DNA of 61,560 nt, the filler included. It is 5 parts of 5 records of this genome, joined end to end, with 100 filler letters (N's around TTAATTAATTAA, not from the genome) between each part and the next. Parts side by side here need not be neighbours in the genome. Positions count along the whole stretch, not along the records: positions 11,072 to 35,536 come from SRR31156797_384; 4 more parts are not named here. One strand, given 5' to 3'. Numbering within the stretch: position 1 is the first letter of the stretch; each line of letters opens with the position of its first letter. Below, piece by piece: positions 19,186 to 29,320 of the stretch. The notes under the pieces are model-generated. The model was not told where the DNA came from. It did no database searches and worked only from the letters and a program-made list of their open reading frames with translations. A program made the translations under genes and the position numbers.

Positions 19186-19959
19186 TCATTTTGCCTTCCC
19201 CCGGGATTTCAAAAAGTCTCGTACGGCCTCCTTATGGGCAACGGTTTGAAAAAGGATGGCCTGGTGAGAAGACTCCCATTCAAGAACATCCTTCAAACAC
19301 ATATGAAGACTTCCTTCAAGGCCCTCTTTGATCAAGGCCATGGCCGAAAGAGCCTTTTTGGAAAGATTGTCAGCCAAGGCATTCACCTCGTTGCCCAACT
19401 CATCTTGAGGAACGGACTTGTAGATGAGGTTCATGGATGCCGCCTTCCGCCCGTCTATTTCTTCTCCCAGAAGGGCCAGTTCCCTGGCTTTCGCAAGGCC
19501 CACGAGCCTCGGCAGGAAATAGGTACCCCCTCCATCCAGAGCAACTCCAATATTGACAAAAGACTGGCACAGCCTGGAAGAATGGGAAGCGACCACGAAA
19601 TCCCCGGCCAGGGCAAGGTTGAACCCTCCTCCAAAGGCCACGCCCTCAGCCTGAACAACGATGGGCTGGGGCATCTCCCGCATCATTCTGATGACAATTC
19701 CGAACAATTTCATCACCTGAAGCCATCGGGGAGAATCCCGGGCTTCATCAAGCATGGACATGTCGGCACCGGCGCAGAAGTTTCCTCCGGCACCTTGCAG
19801 AATCACCACCCGGATCCGCCCATTTGAAGAAACCTTTTCGAATGTCTCTTTCAAGCCGTTGAGAATGTCAAGGTTGATGGCATTCATGACCTTGGGGCGA
19901 TTCAAGGTCACACGCAATATTCCGTGGCGCTTTCCCACAAGAACGGTATCTTTCTGCAT
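19186..19959 (-). CDS. Enoyl-CoA hydratase/isomerase family (PaaG-like)
   Basis: LNRP, FCAGAD; AFGGGFNLALAGD and FVNIGVALDGGG lack both crotonase Glu residues and carry an Asp; SD AGGAGG. Confidence 0.88.
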   Translation of the reverse strand: MQKDTVLVGKRHGILRVTLNRPKVMNAINLDILNGLKETFEKVSSNGRIRVVILQGAGGNFCAGADMSMLDEARDSPRWLQVMKLFGIVIRMMREMPQPIVVQAEGVAFGGGFNLALAGDFVVASHSSRLCQSFVNIGVALDGGGTYFLPRLVGLAKARELALLGEEIDGRKAASMNLIYKSVPQDELGNEVNALADNLSKKALSAMALIKEGLEGSLHMCLKDVLEWESSHQAILFQTVAHKEAVRDFLKSRGKAK

Positions 19960-20050
19960 GCATTCCTCCTTGGGGCCTGTTGGGACACCTGAAAAGGCCT
20001 CTGATGACGGAAGGGAAAAGAGGGGCAAACCAATTCACGGGCATTCCCCA

Positions 20051-21907
20051 TTACGAAAAAGAAAATTCCGAAACCTCCATTGCAGACATATCCCCCTTAA
20101 GGATGACTTCCGCTTTCCCCGGGCTCAAGGCCAGAAATCTGTTGGCAAAAAATTTTGCGGCTTCCATCTTGCCGGAGTAGAAAGCAACATCCCGATTTTC
20201 CCGAATCAATGTTTCCCGTTCTTCTCCGGTATGGGCTCCATGCTTATGGGTCAGGACCCCGAGTTTTTTGTTGGCGATGTCTGCCTGCCAAAGCAGTTGC
20301 CATCCGATAATTAAGTCTCCTAAAAGATGTAGAAAATCCACGGCATAAAGCAAAGGAAGCGCAGCATCCCGCGGTAACTCGGAGCGTAGAAAGTTTCCCG
20401 CACGGGCAACAGCGTCCTTCGCTGCTCCCAGTGTATGGATCTCTCCTTTCAAATCTTCGTTTTCCCCTGCAAGCGCCATAAAATCTCCTATCTCGTCCAT
20501 AAACAGGTCAAAAACCGAGCCCCCTTTCATTCCCAGTTTTCTGCCGACCAGGTCCATGGCCTGAATGCCGTTCGTCCCTTCAAATATGGTGGTGACCTTG
20601 CTGTCCCTGAGGAACTGCTCAACCGGATATTCGCTTACGTACCCGTAACCGCCGTAGACCTGCATGGCCGTCTCCACCACCCGGAACCCCATTTCAGACG
20701 AATACCCCTTGATAACCGGAATCAGAAGATCCGCAAACCCTTGCCACTTGCTGCGATCTTGATCGGTCGAGGCGATACGGACCCGGTCCATACAGTAGGC
20801 GCCGTAGTAGATCATGCCCCGCATGCCCTCCACCAGGCTCTTCATATACATGAGCATTCTTCGGACGTCGGGGTGGCGGATAATGGGTACGCCGGGGGCA
20901 TTGGGGTTTCCCGCATCCCTGAAATCAGGCCCCTGGATCCTCCCTTTGGCATATTTCAGGGCATGCAGGTAGGCCGTTGACGCCAGGGCCATGCCTGCCA
21001 GCCCCACCCCGAGACGGGCCTCATTCATCATCTGGAACATGATTTTCATGCCACGGTTCTCTTCACCCAACAGTTCTCCCACGCATCCGCCGTCTTCCCC
21101 AAAATTCATGGCGCAGGTGGGTGATCCATGAAGCCCCATTTTCTCCTCGAGCCCGGTAACCTTTACATCGTTGAACCCCCCCATACCGCCGTCATCTTTC
21201 ACACGGTACTTGGGCACCAGGAAAAGTGAAATACCCCTTGTGCCGGCAGGTGCGCCCTCGATACGGGCCAGCACGGGGTGAACAATATTCTCGGTCAAGT
21301 CATGATCCCCATCGGTGATGAATATCTTGGACCCGCTGATGGAAAAGGTCCCATCCGGATTTCTTTTGGCCGTGGTTTTCACGGCCCCCACGTCGGATCC
21401 CGCATCGGGTTCGGTGAGACACATGGTGCCGGCCCAACGCCCTTCATGCATCTTCAACATGTACCGGTCCTTCTGCGCGTCGGTTCCAAAGTTTTGAATG
21501 AGACGCGCGGCCCCCTTGGTAAGGCTCAAGAAGCTGTAGAAGGAATAGTTGGCCGCGAGGGTATGCTCCAAACAGGTGAGGCCGATCACCTGAGGGATAC
21601 CCTGCCCTCCCGCTTCAGGGGGCTCCGTCAGTACGATCCAACCCCATTCAGTAAATAATCGCCATGGTTCTTGAAAGGCTTCGGGCACCTTGACCCGGCC
21701 GTTTTCCATGCGGCACCCCTCCCTGTCTCCGACCGCATTCCGGGGCATCGCTTCTCTAGAAGACATTTTGAAGGATTCCTTCATAATCATCTCAAAAAGA
21801 TCCCGCGAAAATTCCTCATAGGGCTTATGGGCACAGAGTCCGTCGGCCCCCAGTTGTTCAAAAAGGGTAAATTCCATATCTCTCCGGTCCGACAACAGAT
21901 CCGCCAT
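20051..21907 (-). CDS. Acyl-CoA dehydrogenase (long, about 620 aa type)
   Basis: GTMCLTEPDAGSD, GSKIFIT, EEKMGLHGSPT, QVYGGYGY, IFEGTNGIQAMDL; alternative start 21922. Confidence 0.95.
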   Translation of the reverse strand: MADLLSDRRDMEFTLFEQLGADGLCAHKPYEEFSRDLFEMIMKESFKMSSREAMPRNAVGDREGCRMENGRVKVPEAFQEPWRLFTEWGWIVLTEPPEAGGQGIPQVIGLTCLEHTLAANYSFYSFLSLTKGAARLIQNFGTDAQKDRYMLKMHEGRWAGTMCLTEPDAGSDVGAVKTTAKRNPDGTFSISGSKIFITDGDHDLTENIVHPVLARIEGAPAGTRGISLFLVPKYRVKDDGGMGGFNDVKVTGLEEKMGLHGSPTCAMNFGEDGGCVGELLGEENRGMKIMFQMMNEARLGVGLAGMALASTAYLHALKYAKGRIQGPDFRDAGNPNAPGVPIIRHPDVRRMLMYMKSLVEGMRGMIYYGAYCMDRVRIASTDQDRSKWQGFADLLIPVIKGYSSEMGFRVVETAMQVYGGYGYVSEYPVEQFLRDSKVTTIFEGTNGIQAMDLVGRKLGMKGGSVFDLFMDEIGDFMALAGENEDLKGEIHTLGAAKDAVARAGNFLRSELPRDAALPLLYAVDFLHLLGDLIIGWQLLWQADIANKKLGVLTHKHGAHTGEERETLIRENRDVAFYSGKMEAAKFFANRFLALSPGKAEVILKGDMSAMEVSEFSFS

Positions 21908-21962
21908 ACCGCTTTTCTCCATTTCTCGTTATTGACAACTTATAGTCAGGCCAATACTTTTG

Positions 21963-22745
21963 TCATTTTCCCGAAAACACGGGTTTGCGCTTTTCCAAAA
22001 AAGCCGCCATACCTTCTTTTCTATCCTCGGAATTGAAAAGGATATTGAAGACACGCGCCTCAAAACGGATTCCGCTGTTCAGATCCATTTGCAGACCATA
22101 GTTGACGGCCTCTTTGACCATTTGAAGAGCCAGGGGGGGACGTTTACATAACTTTTTTGCAAGCTGATCCACTTCTTCATCGAGCCGCCCATGGGGCACA
22201 ACCCGATTAACGAGGCCTATTCCGAGAGCTTCCTGTGCAGTAATAATGTCACCCGTCATCATCAGCTCCTTGGCCTTGCCGGCCCCAACCAAACGGGCCA
22301 GCCGTTGTGTTCCACCATAGCCCGGCATAACACCCAGTGTTATTTCGGGTAAACCGAGCCGTGCCTTTTCCGATGCAATGCGGATATCACAGGCCAGCGC
22401 CAGTTCCGTTCCGCCGCCCAGGGCAACGCCGTTGATGCGGGCGATGATCGGTTTGCGCAACTCCTCCATCCTTCGAATAATCTCCTGCCCTTCGGTTTGC
22501 TCGTTCAACAGGCTTGAAGCAGTCGCCTCATTCATATACTTGATGTCGCCGCCCGCGACGAATGCCTTATCTCCCGCACCGGTCAAGACCGCAACCTTGA
22601 GTGAATCATCCGCCTCAATAACCTTCAGTGCATGGTCCATCTCTCTCATGACATCAATGGTCAGGGAATTCAAACTTTCCGGCCTATTAACTTTAATTCT
22701 CCCAATGCCGGTATCTTTTGAAAACCGGATACATCCATAATCCAT
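21963..22745 (-). CDS. Enoyl-CoA hydratase (crotonase-like)
   Basis: AFVAGGDI, ALGGGTELALACD, LPEITLG.MPGYGGTQRL; both catalytic Glu present. Confidence 0.92.
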   Translation of the reverse strand: MDYGCIRFSKDTGIGRIKVNRPESLNSLTIDVMREMDHALKVIEADDSLKVAVLTGAGDKAFVAGGDIKYMNEATASSLLNEQTEGQEIIRRMEELRKPIIARINGVALGGGTELALACDIRIASEKARLGLPEITLGVMPGYGGTQRLARLVGAGKAKELMMTGDIITAQEALGIGLVNRVVPHGRLDEEVDQLAKKLCKRPPLALQMVKEAVNYGLQMDLNSGIRFEARVFNILFNSEDRKEGMAAFLEKRKPVFSGK

Positions 22746-22937
22746 ATTTCTTGACTCCCATACGCTGTTGAGCCTGCAAAACACCCCGCATAAAGCCGGC
22801 CACGCCATATTTTATCCATAATGGCGCAGCCCCCTTCCAGAGCCCCATCGCTTTCAGCCTTGCGGTTATCAAGGGCGTCAATCGGGTCGGGCTTCTATTT
22901 TTCAGTCCAAATATCCATTGTCTTAACCGAATCCGAA

Positions 22938-23993
22938 TCATTTATTATGCTTGGCCCTGGCGATCTCCGATAAAAGTTCCGCACCTTTCCCATAAGGCTC
23001 AGAAGCATTTTCTCGTTTCATCATCGATACGGCACCCTCCGGGCATACGGAAGTACAAAGCCCACAGCCAACACAATTTTCCAGGGAAACAGCGGCTACA
23101 TTTTCATCTCCTATTTCAATGCCGTTAAATTTGCATATCGGCACGCACTCTTGACACCCGATACATTCATCCTCATTCACTACGGCCATGAAACTGGAAG
23201 AGGCCAGGCTCTTGTGGCCCAACTCCGTTACGCCTCTCAGCATAAAGCAGCAGCAGGAACAGCAGTTGCAAATGTAAGGCACGGGCGTCCTGGTGTTCGG
23301 GGTCGTGTGTACCAATCCCGCCGCCACCGCACGTTTAAGGGCATCAACGGCCTCCTCCACATGGATGGGTCGCGCCAGGTTCCGGTCAATGAGAAAATCC
23401 GCCCAATTGTCCAGAAGGAGACAGACATCCAGAGGGGCGTCGCACTTTCGGACCGAAAATCGGCACTGACACTGACCCAGTGCGATTTTTCCCGCTCTTT
23501 TGACGATTTCCTCCGCCGCTTCAGAAGGGAAGATTTCCATGCCGTAAGCCACCTTTTTATCCACAGGCACAACCCGGCTGATGGGAATTTTCGTGCCGTG
23601 CATGGCATCTCCAAGGGCACCCACGAAATACTCGTCCCAGAGCTTTCCAAGACTTCGGTTTCGTGGTGTATCCTCTCCCTTGACGAGGGAAAATTCAAAA
23701 AAACCGGGCATCGGCGGCATGAGCGCATAACGAACCCGGCCTTTTGTCTTCACACAATAGATAATACCCTTATCGGCCATGTTTTCGAGAAGGGAAAAGG
23801 CCCGCTCCAAGGGTACTTGTCCCCTTGCGGCGATCTTGGAAACCTCCAGGCCTGTAAGACTCATATTTGAGGCGAGTTGCGCTTCATCCGGCGTAAAAAG
23901 TTCTTTCAGGATGGCAAGAACGGCGGGATGGCTGGGCGCACCCATGGGATGTTTGTTTATTTTATTAAGTAGCGTTACATGAATATCTTGCAT
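22938..23993 (-). CDS. Multi-iron-sulfur protein (N-terminal HTH-like region, Cys-rich core, C-terminal 2x[4Fe-4S])
   Basis: CQCR...C...C, ICNCCSCCC, CIGCQECVPIC, CVGCGLCTSVCP. Confidence 0.85.
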   Translation of the reverse strand: MQDIHVTLLNKINKHPMGAPSHPAVLAILKELFTPDEAQLASNMSLTGLEVSKIAARGQVPLERAFSLLENMADKGIIYCVKTKGRVRYALMPPMPGFFEFSLVKGEDTPRNRSLGKLWDEYFVGALGDAMHGTKIPISRVVPVDKKVAYGMEIFPSEAAEEIVKRAGKIALGQCQCRFSVRKCDAPLDVCLLLDNWADFLIDRNLARPIHVEEAVDALKRAVAAGLVHTTPNTRTPVPYICNCCSCCCFMLRGVTELGHKSLASSSFMAVVNEDECIGCQECVPICKFNGIEIGDENVAAVSLENCVGCGLCTSVCPEGAVSMMKRENASEPYGKGAELLSEIARAKHNK

Positions 23994-24112
23994 CGAACAA
24001 TACTCCTTAATACTTTCCGGTATAGGGTATTAAGCAAGAAACAGGGGAAATTTCATCTTAGGATGGCCCGACTTTTACCCGAACCACCCTATATTTAAAA
24101 TCTTTTCATGCA

Positions 24113-25321
24113 TCATCTGACGCTTGGATTTTTGTATTCGGTCACGGGAACCCACAACTTCCCGACCAGATCCGCCTTGAAGATCCGCCCCTGACATTTG
24201 GGCGAATGCATATCCGGACCAAAGGAGATGACCCCCGCCAACCCCTTGGTATCAAAATTCCGGATGTTTTCCATGGCTTTGATCCATCCTTCACGGGTCA
24301 AATCCTTTCCGGCGCCTTTGAGGGCCTGGGCAAAGATCATGCTGTTCACATAGCCGAGGATATGGTAGTGCATGATCATGCCGATGTCGGGGCGGTATTT
24401 CTTGTAAACCGCTTTCAGTTGCTCCATTCCGGGGGACTCTTCCCAGAAACGCGCAATATAATTTACCGTGTACAAGTTCTTTGCCTTATCCCCCAAAAGC
24501 TCTATGACCTTCTCGTCACACACCGCCGATGTCGAAAAGCAAAGGGGATACCATCCCAGTTTATCCGTCTCCTTTAAAAAAGCGGTTGTTTCCCGGGTGA
24601 CCGTCGCCATCATCAATATATCGGGGTTGGCCCTTTTCAGGTTCAGGGCCTGGGAACTGAAATCCACGGCTCCCCGCTTGTATGCCTCTTTGGCGACAAT
24701 CTTGAGACCATATTCCTTGGCGGCCAGTTCGATCCCCCTGATATTCTCTTTACCATATGCGTCGTCCTGGTAGATGATCCCGATGGTGGGCTTTTTCATT
24801 TTCAGATCTTTTACGGCATAATCAATGGCCAGGACCATCTGTTCGCCATAGGGCATGCCGAAGGTAAATAACATGGGCATCTCTTTCATGAGACCCGGGA
24901 AGGACGGTATGATCCCGGAAAGGGCCGGAATCTTCTCCTTTTCCAGCAAAGGGACCAGTTGAAGGGTCTGGGGCGTTCCGGAGGTCGTCAGAAATGCAAA
25001 GATCTTATCGCGCGCGATGAGTTTTTTTGCCGCAGCCACGGCCCGTGTCGGGTTGTATCCGTCATCCTCCAAAAGGCACTCTACCTTTCGGCCATGGACC
25101 CCGCCCTGATCGTTGAACCATTTCCAGTAGATGCCCAAGCCATCGGCCGCGGCCGTGCCCAGTTTTGCAATGGGTCCCGTAATAAGCATGGGCCCACCGA
25201 TCTTGATGGTCTTATCGGTCACGCCGGGGACTTGATCACCGGCAGCGGTGCCGGGTATCCACGCCATAAGAATCACTGCTACCAGTGCTACACCAAAGAA
25301 ATTAACGGGCTTTTTTTTCAT
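24113..25321 (-). CDS. ABC transporter substrate-binding protein (LivJ-like)
   Basis: Signal peptide, GVTDKTIKIG, NDQGGVHGRK, DDGYNP, YQDDAYG. Confidence 0.9.
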   Translation of the reverse strand: MKKKPVNFFGVALVAVILMAWIPGTAAGDQVPGVTDKTIKIGGPMLITGPIAKLGTAAADGLGIYWKWFNDQGGVHGRKVECLLEDDGYNPTRAVAAAKKLIARDKIFAFLTTSGTPQTLQLVPLLEKEKIPALSGIIPSFPGLMKEMPMLFTFGMPYGEQMVLAIDYAVKDLKMKKPTIGIIYQDDAYGKENIRGIELAAKEYGLKIVAKEAYKRGAVDFSSQALNLKRANPDILMMATVTRETTAFLKETDKLGWYPLCFSTSAVCDEKVIELLGDKAKNLYTVNYIARFWEESPGMEQLKAVYKKYRPDIGMIMHYHILGYVNSMIFAQALKGAGKDLTREGWIKAMENIRNFDTKGLAGVISFGPDMHSPKCQGRIFKADLVGKLWVPVTEYKNPSVR

Positions 25322-25531
25322 GACTTCCTCCTTATAGGTTTCAGATGACCATCATTTCCAATCCAAACACCTTCCGGTTTAGCGCTGCTCAGTGGAGGGC
25401 GGCCTTCCCTGCAGTCCATATGGAATCAATTCATTCACCTCCTTTCAAACCAACCGCTTTTTGTTTTGCCGGCATTTTTCTGGCTGAACTTTTTGCAAAC
25501 TGAAAAAAAACCCCAGCCATACGGTTTTTGT

Positions 25532-26575
25532 TCAGTATGTAAACGGCCAGTTGCGCCAATAGGCTTTTATGGTTTGCCACCGTCCATACAGCCCGTCCGG
25601 TTCGAACACGAGGAAAAGGACAATAATCAGGCCGTTTACAACGGTTGTCAGGGCGGCGAACCGGGTGGTCAGCAGAGGATAGGTGTCTCGAACCAGATCG
25701 GTCGCCAGACGGATCCCTTCGGGGAGCAAGGTCATAAATACGGCCCCGTAGATGGAACCCAGGATACTGCCCATCCCCCCGACGATAATCATGGCCAGAT
25801 ATTCAATGGACAGCTGCAGGGTGAAATGCTCGAAGGTAATGAATTGAGTGTAGGAGGCAAACAAGGCGCCGGCAACCCCGGCATAGAAAGAACTAATGCT
25901 GAAGGCCAGAATCTTGTATCTGGCCAACTCGATCCCCATAACCTGGGCGGAAACGTCATGGTCCCGAATGGCCGCCAGGGCACGACCGATCCCTGTCCGG
26001 AACAGGTTGCGGGCAAAGGCGCCCATCAGGACCACCATAACCATCAGAAAATAGAAAAACCGTTGGTCCATATCCAGTTCAAATCCCATCACGCCGGCGG
26101 TCGGCAATGGGACCCCGTCGGACCCCCCGGTCACTCCCTCCCATCGAACAATGACGTGCTCAACAATGAAACCGAAAGCAAACGTTGTTACCGCTATATA
26201 AAGGCCCTTCAAACGAAGAGAAGGGATGGCGACAATCAATCCGGCAAGGGCCGCCGCCAGCCCGCCCAAGGGGATGCTCACGAGGAAAGGCATGTTGAGC
26301 CGGGTGATACAGAGGGCCGAGGTATAGGCCCCGATGGCGATAAAACCGGCATGCCCCAGAGAAATCAGACCGGTGTTGCCCACAAGGATGTTGAGCCCCA
26401 GGGCTCCGATCACCGCGATACCGCACAAATTCGCAAGATAAATCACGTAGCGGTCGAAAATATGCGGAAAGAGGATGAGAAAAACGAGAAAGATGAGGAG
26501 CGACAATTTCACAAAACGGGTCTGATAGAGCTTGATTTCGTCCCTATAGGATACCTTGTATGTTGTATTCAGCAT
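25532..26575 (-). CDS. Branched-chain-type ABC permease (LivM-like)
   Basis: GLNILVGNTGLISLGHAGF, LRLKGLY, AIRD, GGMGS. Confidence 0.92.
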   Translation of the reverse strand: MLNTTYKVSYRDEIKLYQTRFVKLSLLIFLVFLILFPHIFDRYVIYLANLCGIAVIGALGLNILVGNTGLISLGHAGFIAIGAYTSALCITRLNMPFLVSIPLGGLAAALAGLIVAIPSLRLKGLYIAVTTFAFGFIVEHVIVRWEGVTGGSDGVPLPTAGVMGFELDMDQRFFYFLMVMVVLMGAFARNLFRTGIGRALAAIRDHDVSAQVMGIELARYKILAFSISSFYAGVAGALFASYTQFITFEHFTLQLSIEYLAMIIVGGMGSILGSIYGAVFMTLLPEGIRLATDLVRDTYPLLTTRFAALTTVVNGLIIVLFLVFEPDGLYGRWQTIKAYWRNWPFTY

Positions 26576-26577
26576 AG

Positions 26578-27462
26578 TTACACCCGAGTAATTTTTTCCT
26601 TTCCGAAAAGCCCGTAAGGCTTGATCATGAGGATACCGATCAGAATAATGAAGGATGTTATCTCCTTGATGCCGCCCCCCACCAGTTGATCCAGATAACC
26701 GCCGGCCAATGTTTCACAGACACCGATAATAATGCCGCCCACGATTGCCCCCGGAATACTGTCCAACCCTCCCAGAATCGCCGCGGGAAATGCCTTTAAA
26801 CCGATATGACTCATATCGGGGGCAAGGAAAAGGACATTCGCATAGCAGATGCCGCCCACAGCGGCAATGCACGCGGCAATGGCCCAGGATAAGGAAAAGA
26901 CCCTTTTCACGTTGATGCCCATGAGCAGGGCCGTGTCCTGATTATTGGCCGTACCCCGCATGGCAAGTCCCAGCTTGGAGCGCCGAAAGAAGGCATAGAA
27001 CCCGACAACCAAAAGAAAGGTCGCGGCAAACACCCATATGTCCGTGGGTTTTAATGATATTCCCTGCAACTTCAACGTTTTGTCGGAAAAGAGTTTTGGG
27101 AAATTAAAAATATCATCACCCCAGATGAGGGACACGCTTCCCTGCAGGATAACGGCAAGTCCAACCGTCACCATGATGACGGAGAATATGGGCTTTCCCA
27201 AAAGCGGCCTAAGAATCAGGATTTCTATGACCATGCCGAAAACAAAGCAAAAACAGAGCGTCAAAAGGAGAGAAAGCCAATATCCCATTCCCAAATGGGC
27301 AATCAAGGTATAACAGATATAGGCCCCCACCATCATGATTTCACCCTGTGCAAAATTGAAGACATCCGTGGCTTTGTAAATGAGCACGAAACCCAGGGCA
27401 ACAATGGCGTAAATGGAACCCAGCGCCACACCGTTCAGCAAAATCTGCAAAAAATCCGTCAC
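26578..27462 (-). CDS. Branched-chain-type ABC permease (LivH-like)
   Basis: GSIYAIVALGFVLI...NFAQGE, GLAMRG, ILGGLDS. Confidence 0.92.
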   Translation of the reverse strand: MTDFLQILLNGVALGSIYAIVALGFVLIYKATDVFNFAQGEIMMVGAYICYTLIAHLGMGYWLSLLLTLCFCFVFGMVIEILILRPLLGKPIFSVIMVTVGLAVILQGSVSLIWGDDIFNFPKLFSDKTLKLQGISLKPTDIWVFAATFLLVVGFYAFFRRSKLGLAMRGTANNQDTALLMGINVKRVFSLSWAIAACIAAVGGICYANVLFLAPDMSHIGLKAFPAAILGGLDSIPGAIVGGIIIGVCETLAGGYLDQLVGGGIKEITSFIILIGILMIKPYGLFGKEKITRV

Positions 27463-29270
27463 GATCTCCCCCTTCCGTAAATGCTCTCAATTAGATCCCG
27501 GTATTTTTCTTCGATGGCCTTGCGACGAACCTTCATGGTTGCGGTCAACTCTTCATCGTCGTGGTCCAACTCTTTTTCAAGCAAGACAAATTTCCTGATA
27601 TTTTCAACCGCGGCAAATCTCTTGTTGGACGCATCCACCTCCTTCTGAATCAATTGGTAGACCCTCCCGTCCCGGACCAGGCTTTTGAAGGTGGTAAAAG
27701 GAATTTTGTTTTCCTGGGCCCATTTGGACACATTCTCAAACTCGATTTGAATCAAGGCGGACAGGAATTTCTTCCCGTCTCCCATGACGATGGCCTCATT
27801 GATATAGGGACTGAATTTCAAGGAGTTCTCCTGCTCCGACGGCGCAATGTTCTTCCCCCCGGCCGTAACCAGGATATCTTTTTTCCGATCGGTGATCACC
27901 AGATGCCCATCCTCATCCAATCGTCCCACGTCTCCCGAACAGAGCCAGCCGTCGGAAAAGATATTCACCGTTCCTTCCGGGTCTTTAAAATATCCTTGAA
28001 AGACGCCGGGGCCTTTTTCCAGGATCTCCCCATCTTCCGCTATCTTCAACTCCACGCCGGGGACCGCTTTGCCCACCGTTCCGATTTTCACGTCGTCAAA
28101 ATGGTGAATACAGCAGATACCCGAGATTTCCGTTTGGCCGTAACCCTCCCGGATGTACAGACCCATGGCATGGAAGAATTTAAGCAGGTCGGGGGAAACC
28201 GGCGCCGCACCGGAGATGGTGATCCTGGTCCGCGAAAGACCCAGAAAATGGCGCAGGCTTCGGTACAAGCAAAAGTAGGCGATCCAATAAAGAGCCTTCG
28301 AGAGCAAGGGCACCTTTTCTTTTGCGAGCTTTTTTTCAGTGATTCCAATGCCCACCGGCATAAAAACTTTGTATGCCAATCGCTTCAGGAAAGTGGCGTC
28401 CTGGATCTTTATCACAATGGACGACTGCATCTTCTCCCAGATACGCGGCACACCCATAAAAAGTGTGGGACCGATTTCCCGCAGCGCCTCCTGGACGGTG
28501 TTGATGCTTTCCGAAAAATTGACCACACATCCTGATTTTAAGGGAATAAGAATGGAGAAAATCCTTTCCGCCGCATGGCAGAGCGGCAGATAGGAAACCA
28601 CCGAGTCTTTTTCGGTCATGGGCATAACCTGGAGAACCGAATCGATCATGGCCATGAGATTGTTCTGGTTCAGCAGTGCACCCTTTGGCGGGCCCGTGGT
28701 TCCGGAGGTGTAGATAACGACGGCAAGATCCGACGGATCCGTGCGGTCGATCATTTTCTCGAAAAGCCGGGGGTGCTCTCCATGATAGGCGGCCCCCATC
28801 TCCTCCAACCGTTGAAAGCTCATGAGAAGCGGAGAATCATAGTGTCGCAACCCCTTCATGTCGATGACGATAATCTTCTCCAGATGGGAAAGATCGTCCG
28901 CCACCTCCAGCACCTTGTCTGCCTGTTCCTGATCCTCTACAATGACAAACCGGGATTCGGAATGGCCGACCACATACTTCACCTGTTCAGGCGGATTGGT
29001 GGAATAGACCCCCACCGTCATGGCCCTCACGGACTGGATGGCCAGATCCCCGTAAAGCCACTGTTGGTTGTTTTCCGAGAGGATGGAAATCTTATCGCCC
29101 TTTTCAAGCCCCAGCTTGACAAAGCCAAGGGTCACATCTCGAACATGCTCGTAATATTTCTCCCAGGTTATCTCGTTCCAGACGCCCAACTCCTTTTCTC
29201 TGAGCGCAACCCGAGAACCTGAATTTCGAACCTGTTCACGGAACAGTTTCGGCAATGTATCAACTTTCAT
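27459..29270 (-). CDS. Long-chain acyl-CoA synthetase (AMP-binding)
   Basis: YTSGTTGPPKG, YLPLCH, EGYGQTE, SGDVG, DRKKD, GGKNIAP, T.K..R; SD before ATG 29270. Confidence 0.93.
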   Translation of the reverse strand: MKVDTLPKLFREQVRNSGSRVALREKELGVWNEITWEKYYEHVRDVTLGFVKLGLEKGDKISILSENNQQWLYGDLAIQSVRAMTVGVYSTNPPEQVKYVVGHSESRFVIVEDQEQADKVLEVADDLSHLEKIIVIDMKGLRHYDSPLLMSFQRLEEMGAAYHGEHPRLFEKMIDRTDPSDLAVVIYTSGTTGPPKGALLNQNNLMAMIDSVLQVMPMTEKDSVVSYLPLCHAAERIFSILIPLKSGCVVNFSESINTVQEALREIGPTLFMGVPRIWEKMQSSIVIKIQDATFLKRLAYKVFMPVGIGITEKKLAKEKVPLLSKALYWIAYFCLYRSLRHFLGLSRTRITISGAAPVSPDLLKFFHAMGLYIREGYGQTEISGICCIHHFDDVKIGTVGKAVPGVELKIAEDGEILEKGPGVFQGYFKDPEGTVNIFSDGWLCSGDVGRLDEDGHLVITDRKKDILVTAGGKNIAPSEQENSLKFSPYINEAIVMGDGKKFLSALIQIEFENVSKWAQENKIPFTTFKSLVRDGRVYQLIQKEVDASNKRFAAVENIRKFVLLEKELDHDDEELTATMKVRRKAIEEKYRDLIESIYGRGRS

Positions 29271-29320
29271 GATTTCACCCTCTCCAAGCTCACAACAAAT
29301 CCCCTCACCTTCATGGCGTT

